Part shown: one piece after another, positions 59,751 through 64,000 of the stretch | How the letters are laid out: each line of letters starts with the position of its first letter | Numbering within the stretch: the stretch's first letter is position 1 | Assembly: GCF_902459465.1 (NCBI RefSeq) | Contig: NC_047064.1 | Span: forward strand, 2,914,001-2,978,000 | DNA from: Asterias rubens | Lineage: Eukaryota | Direction: 5' to 3' | DNA: 64,000 bases | Made by a program: the position numbers and the translations under genes | The notes under the pieces: generated by a model | What the model was told of the DNA's origin: nothing | The model's database searches: none | The model's input: the letters and a program-made list of their open reading frames with translations, nothing else

Positions 59751-62129
59751 GCTGCGAACCGCTGGGTATAATATAGCCCTAACTGCTGCAAACTGATGGG
59801 TGTATAGCATATCGTGAAATTGCTACACTCTAAAAACTAATTGTTTAATTCATACTTTGAAAGAGTGCCAGTGAGTTACAACTCTTTTGTAAAATGAAAT
59901 CCACCTGGATAAAGGGGAGTTATACCTCCTTAAAGTGTCAAGTTATAAATATACTTTGTTGGATGTAACTTTCACAATGTCAATTTCACTTGTTCATGTT
60001 GTTATCTGTAATCTAACTTTAGAGCTGTCACTGCCTACACTCTTTAAAGAGTGAATTCAAAAAACTTTAGTTATAAGACTAATGTTACAACTGGTTATTT
60101 TTTAGGCCCAATTACAACAGGTCAGGTTTGTTGTTATTTATTGCTGTTTATATTGTTTGCCGTTTTGAGACAAATTGGTTGTTTTCTAGGCGGTAGGATT
60201 TCTGTCCTCAGTGGATCACACCGCTCTTTGTTGACGGCAGACTGTCGCCATAAGAGAGTTGTCTTTTAGCAGTTTTGTTCCTTGTGTTTTCTCGGGCCCC
60301 ATTTAGGTCTTCATCCCATACATTGCTTCGGAACAACGTGGAGCATGGATGATGCACGGGTTGGTTCGGTCTCCTAATTAGATTTTGACAAGAGAAAATT
60401 GAGTGTTGAGACGACCTTTCAGAAATATATGAAGTTCGTAATTTAATACCTTTATTATGACAGTGACGAATTTACATTCAAATTATTTGTCAAGTCTTCG
60501 GTTTATGGTGAAGAGTTCGTGTTTCCAAATTACTACAACTTCAACAGTTTTGTTATATTAGGAGTTGTATGGGACTCTTGTTTCATTTTGTTCTTGACAG
60601 ATTGTTTTATAAAAGAGACTTTGAAAGCTAGGATTTCCGAGTTGAACTGTTTTCCAACACGGGGTTGGCTGAAGGCGTATTTTGCGCGTCCAGTGAACCG
60701 ACTCGCTTCGTAGTCTCCAAACAAGCGTCAAACTGCCATAATCATGAGTCGATTTGCCAGTGCGCCACACCTGGTACCTGCAGGCTATCCCGGTGCGTGC
60801 ATTGATCGGCTAAGCCGGCGTTGACCAGGTTACCAGGGGAATTTAATTATCGAAAGCGGCCTTTATAACTAAATGTTCCTCCTGAAGGCCGGGACTGAGG
60901 TTTGGGATGGAGGTTGGCATGGAGGATAAAACAATACCGACTGTTTAGCTTGCTGGCCTATGGGCACGCGTGGCCTTGTTGAAATCAACTAGCCATAAAA
61001 TGCATGAGTCAAGTCACATTTTAGAGAGCAAAGCGCATTAGAATCTGCATTGACAGTTCAATCCAATTCAATTCAAAGTTATTTCCAAACTGTCAACAAC
61101 ACAGCATTACCGAATGCACAATGTAACAGCGAACAGAATGTTTATACAGTCAAAGAAAAGGGACAGTATGGCTGCCGATTTGATAAGCCAAGACAGAAAC
61201 AAGATAAACGGACAAACAGAGGGAGGACGTTCAAATATGAACAAAACATAATTATTTCAATTAACAACAACGCTTGATTAACTAAAACGAAAATAAGATG
61301 ACGCATAGTCTAAATGGAAAGAACAAAAAAATGTTGATATACCTGGCAAAGCAGTCAATGGAAACAAAGATATGTTTATACATAATGACTATAAGGAGGC
61401 TATAATAAACCATTCCCTTCAACGTCGCTTTGTATACGACGAGTTTCACAGAACAGTTTCCCATACAAGCAAACTACACGCAATATTATTATTCATGGTT
61501 TATTTATTAAAACACTGCAATACAGCGGCTAAAAGCCGAAATGTACAGTTTACAAAAGTCATTAAAAACATTACCATATTGAAAAAAAAACATGAAATAT
61601 CAAAGGATATAAAGGATATCCTAATGTATTTCAACCCAGGAGCAGTTTCTGCGAACACTTAGAAGTTTTGTTTCCAAACAGCACTTCTACCTTATTGTGT
61701 CAAATTGCAACTTGAGGCAAGCTTTAGGTGTCGCTTTTTTATCTTTTTGAGTATAGTTTCTATCAAGCGCAATACGTTCGTGACTAACTCTACATTTACC
61801 CGTACAGTTGCTAAACACAATGCGAAACGTGGCATGCGAGCGAATTTTCATGTCACATTCGCTTTGGCTCCCAGCTGGAGAATGGTGAACTGCTGCGTTG
61901 AGAAACAGTTAAGCAAGTCCTGATTCTTCTTACAAACCACTCAAATGAAGGCAGTGACTTGCAGCACTTGGGACCCGGGGTGATATTTACTCATTCATCT
62001 GTCTTGCGGTTGTTCAGCAAAAAAAAAAAAAAATCTCTTTTTTTGTGTTATTGCTCCTCTACTTTCCTGCCCCAGTTATATCAGCAGAGCAATGGGGCAG
62101 CATTTTATTGCAGAGCGCGTTCTGTTTAG

Positions 62130-62504
62130 TTAAAGGCACTATGGGAAATATTGGTAACACCCGAAATAATTTTTACCATAAAACTTACGTAGTAACGAGC
62201 AATGGCGAGCTGTTTGTATAGAACATTGTGAGAAACAGCCCCCTCTGAAGTAACGTAGGTTTTGAGAAAGAAGTAATTTAGAACTTAAATAATATTCAAA
62301 TACTTTAGGGCCTGAAGCCTTTTTAGACATGGAGGCACACAATGTGCAACATGTGTGTTTTTCTGTCATTTTACTCTCTTGTTACTTCGATGACCAATTG
62401 GGTCAAAGTTTTCACAGATTTGTTAGTTTACACATTTTGTGGGATACACCAAGTGAGAATACTGGTCTTTTACAATATTAACAAAAGATGTCCAGTGCCT
62501 TTAA
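62130..62504. mobile_element. MITE family A (diverged)
   Basis: ttaa|aggcact... ...gatgtccagtgcct|ttaa; shared internal cctctgaagtaacgtag motif. Confidence 0.8.
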
Positions 62505-62715
62505 GTATAAGTGAGCGAACGTTTTGTCATCTCCTGAAACTTGATCCCTCTTTGGCTCGGTGCTCGTAACTGAACAAGATGGTGTAGTTGGTGAATAGTC
62601 AACAGGCCCAGAATGTCAAGGGAGGGGTATCGGATTCACGAACTCAGTATTACCTTAAAAAACGGACGTCATTCCAAATGCTCGAATTCAGAAAGACAAT
62701 CTGACAATCTGGTCT

Positions 62716-63109
62716 TTAAGGGCTGTGGACACTTTTGGTAATTACTCAAAATAATTACAAGAATAAGACCTTACTTGGTAATGAGTAATGGAGAGAGGTT
62801 GACAGTATAAAACATTACGAGAAACGGCTTCCTCTGAAGTGACGTAGTTTTCGAGAAAGAAGTGATTTTCCAGTAATTTGATTTCGAGACCTCAGATTTA
62901 TAATTTGAGGTCTCGAAATCAAGCATCTGAAAGCACACAACTTCGTGTGACACAGTTTTTTGTGTTTTTTTCCCCCACTATTTTCTCGCAATCTCGACGA
63001 CCGATTGAGCTCAAAACTTCACAGGTTTGTTGTATTATGTCTATTATGAGTTACACCAAGTGAGAAGACTGGTCTTTGACAATTACCAATAGTGTCCACT
63101 GTCTTTCAA
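62716..63109. mobile_element. MITE family A
   Basis: ttaagggctgtggacacttttggtaatt ... aattaccaatagtgtccactgtctttcaa. Confidence 0.85.
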
Positions 63110-64000
63110 GTCACTCGACAGGTAATTGTAAAAAAAAACGGTATTCTCACTTTGTGGCTAAATTTTTCATCGAATTTGCAAAAGAATAATGACAACAACA
63201 AAATCACCCCCGTGATAACGATAATGGCAATAGAACGCTGTTCGAGTAAACCAAGGCTTGTGGGAACATGACTAACGATAAATAAAGTATGAAACATTTT
63301 AAGAGCAACAAAACTGACAAAAGAGATAGCAAATTGTAGGCCTATACCGGTTATAAAGCGTATTATACAATTTTTTTCCAAAGACTCTCTAAAATGGGAG
63401 GGATTTAAACGTTAATCAAAAGGATTATAATTACGGACCAACACATTAAGATTAAAAAAATAAATACTACGCATTTAAAACTTAAATCTAAAAGATTTAA
63501 TTCAAAATGTACAAATAGATTGTTAAATTACATTCCTTTGGATTAACTTTTAAATCTTTCCCATTAGAGTGATGAAAACATTAAAAACCAGCTATGGAGC
63601 AAAACACAAAAAAAGGAAAAAGCTGTTTATAACTCTAACTTTTTATATTTTCTGACACTATTTATGACAGCCCTACTTCAAAAGAAATTCTAATTCAGCC
63701 GTCTTTCCAAGTTAGCGCGGTTCAACGTGAATTGATATATATGTGTCACTTTATATGCATTTCAAATGATTGCTTCAGGCTTGAAATACATTTTTCATCA
63801 GCTACACTATGAAACAAAATCAAAATGACAAAAGAGGTGTTGGAAGTATATTAATGTTCTATTCACTCGCCAAGCTGTCTAAATTATGTTGTACTATTGC
63901 CGCTTATATTTTTCAACGTTCTTGTCAGAGGATGATGTATTTTGTGGCTTTCGCTTCAGAAATTGGGTTAACAGCTTTTAACACATTTTTCTCTGACCGC

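Noticed and set aside
59494-64000. Search for the next NPR exon (EI...V...P.FRP) and the cyclase domain
   Set aside because: No candidate seen by eye; presumably beyond the window end.

Overview
This is eukaryotic, AT-rich, repeat-dense genomic DNA, probably from a marine invertebrate deuterostome. A sea star is my best guess, inferred from protein divergence and repeat style rather than shown. The window is the middle of one + strand gene, a natriuretic-peptide-receptor-type (NPR1/NPR2-like) transmembrane guanylyl cyclase. I assembled 11 GT-AG exons (12498-59493; 1225 nt, 408 codons, all phases compatible). They encode the end of the extracellular domain, the TM helix and most of the kinase-homology domain. 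I found neither the 5' exons nor the cyclase-domain exons in the window. The introns hold a 5'-truncated Penelope-like retroelement (Neptune-type RT + GIY-YIG ORF with no internal stops) inserted inside a MITE. They also hold two tRNA-derived SINE-like copies, about 20 TTAA-flanked (Kolobok/T2-like) MITE copies from five families, other MITEs and minisatellites. The most unusual signal is a set of six minimal hammerhead-ribozyme motifs from two repeat lineages. One has a complete core, at the Penelope 3' end, and two form a tandem pair. Five of the six are in the host gene's sense orientation. A CTCF-like motif (GCGCCCTCTnGTG) also recurs often. Almost all other ORFs in the supplied track look like noise or MITE read-throughs.
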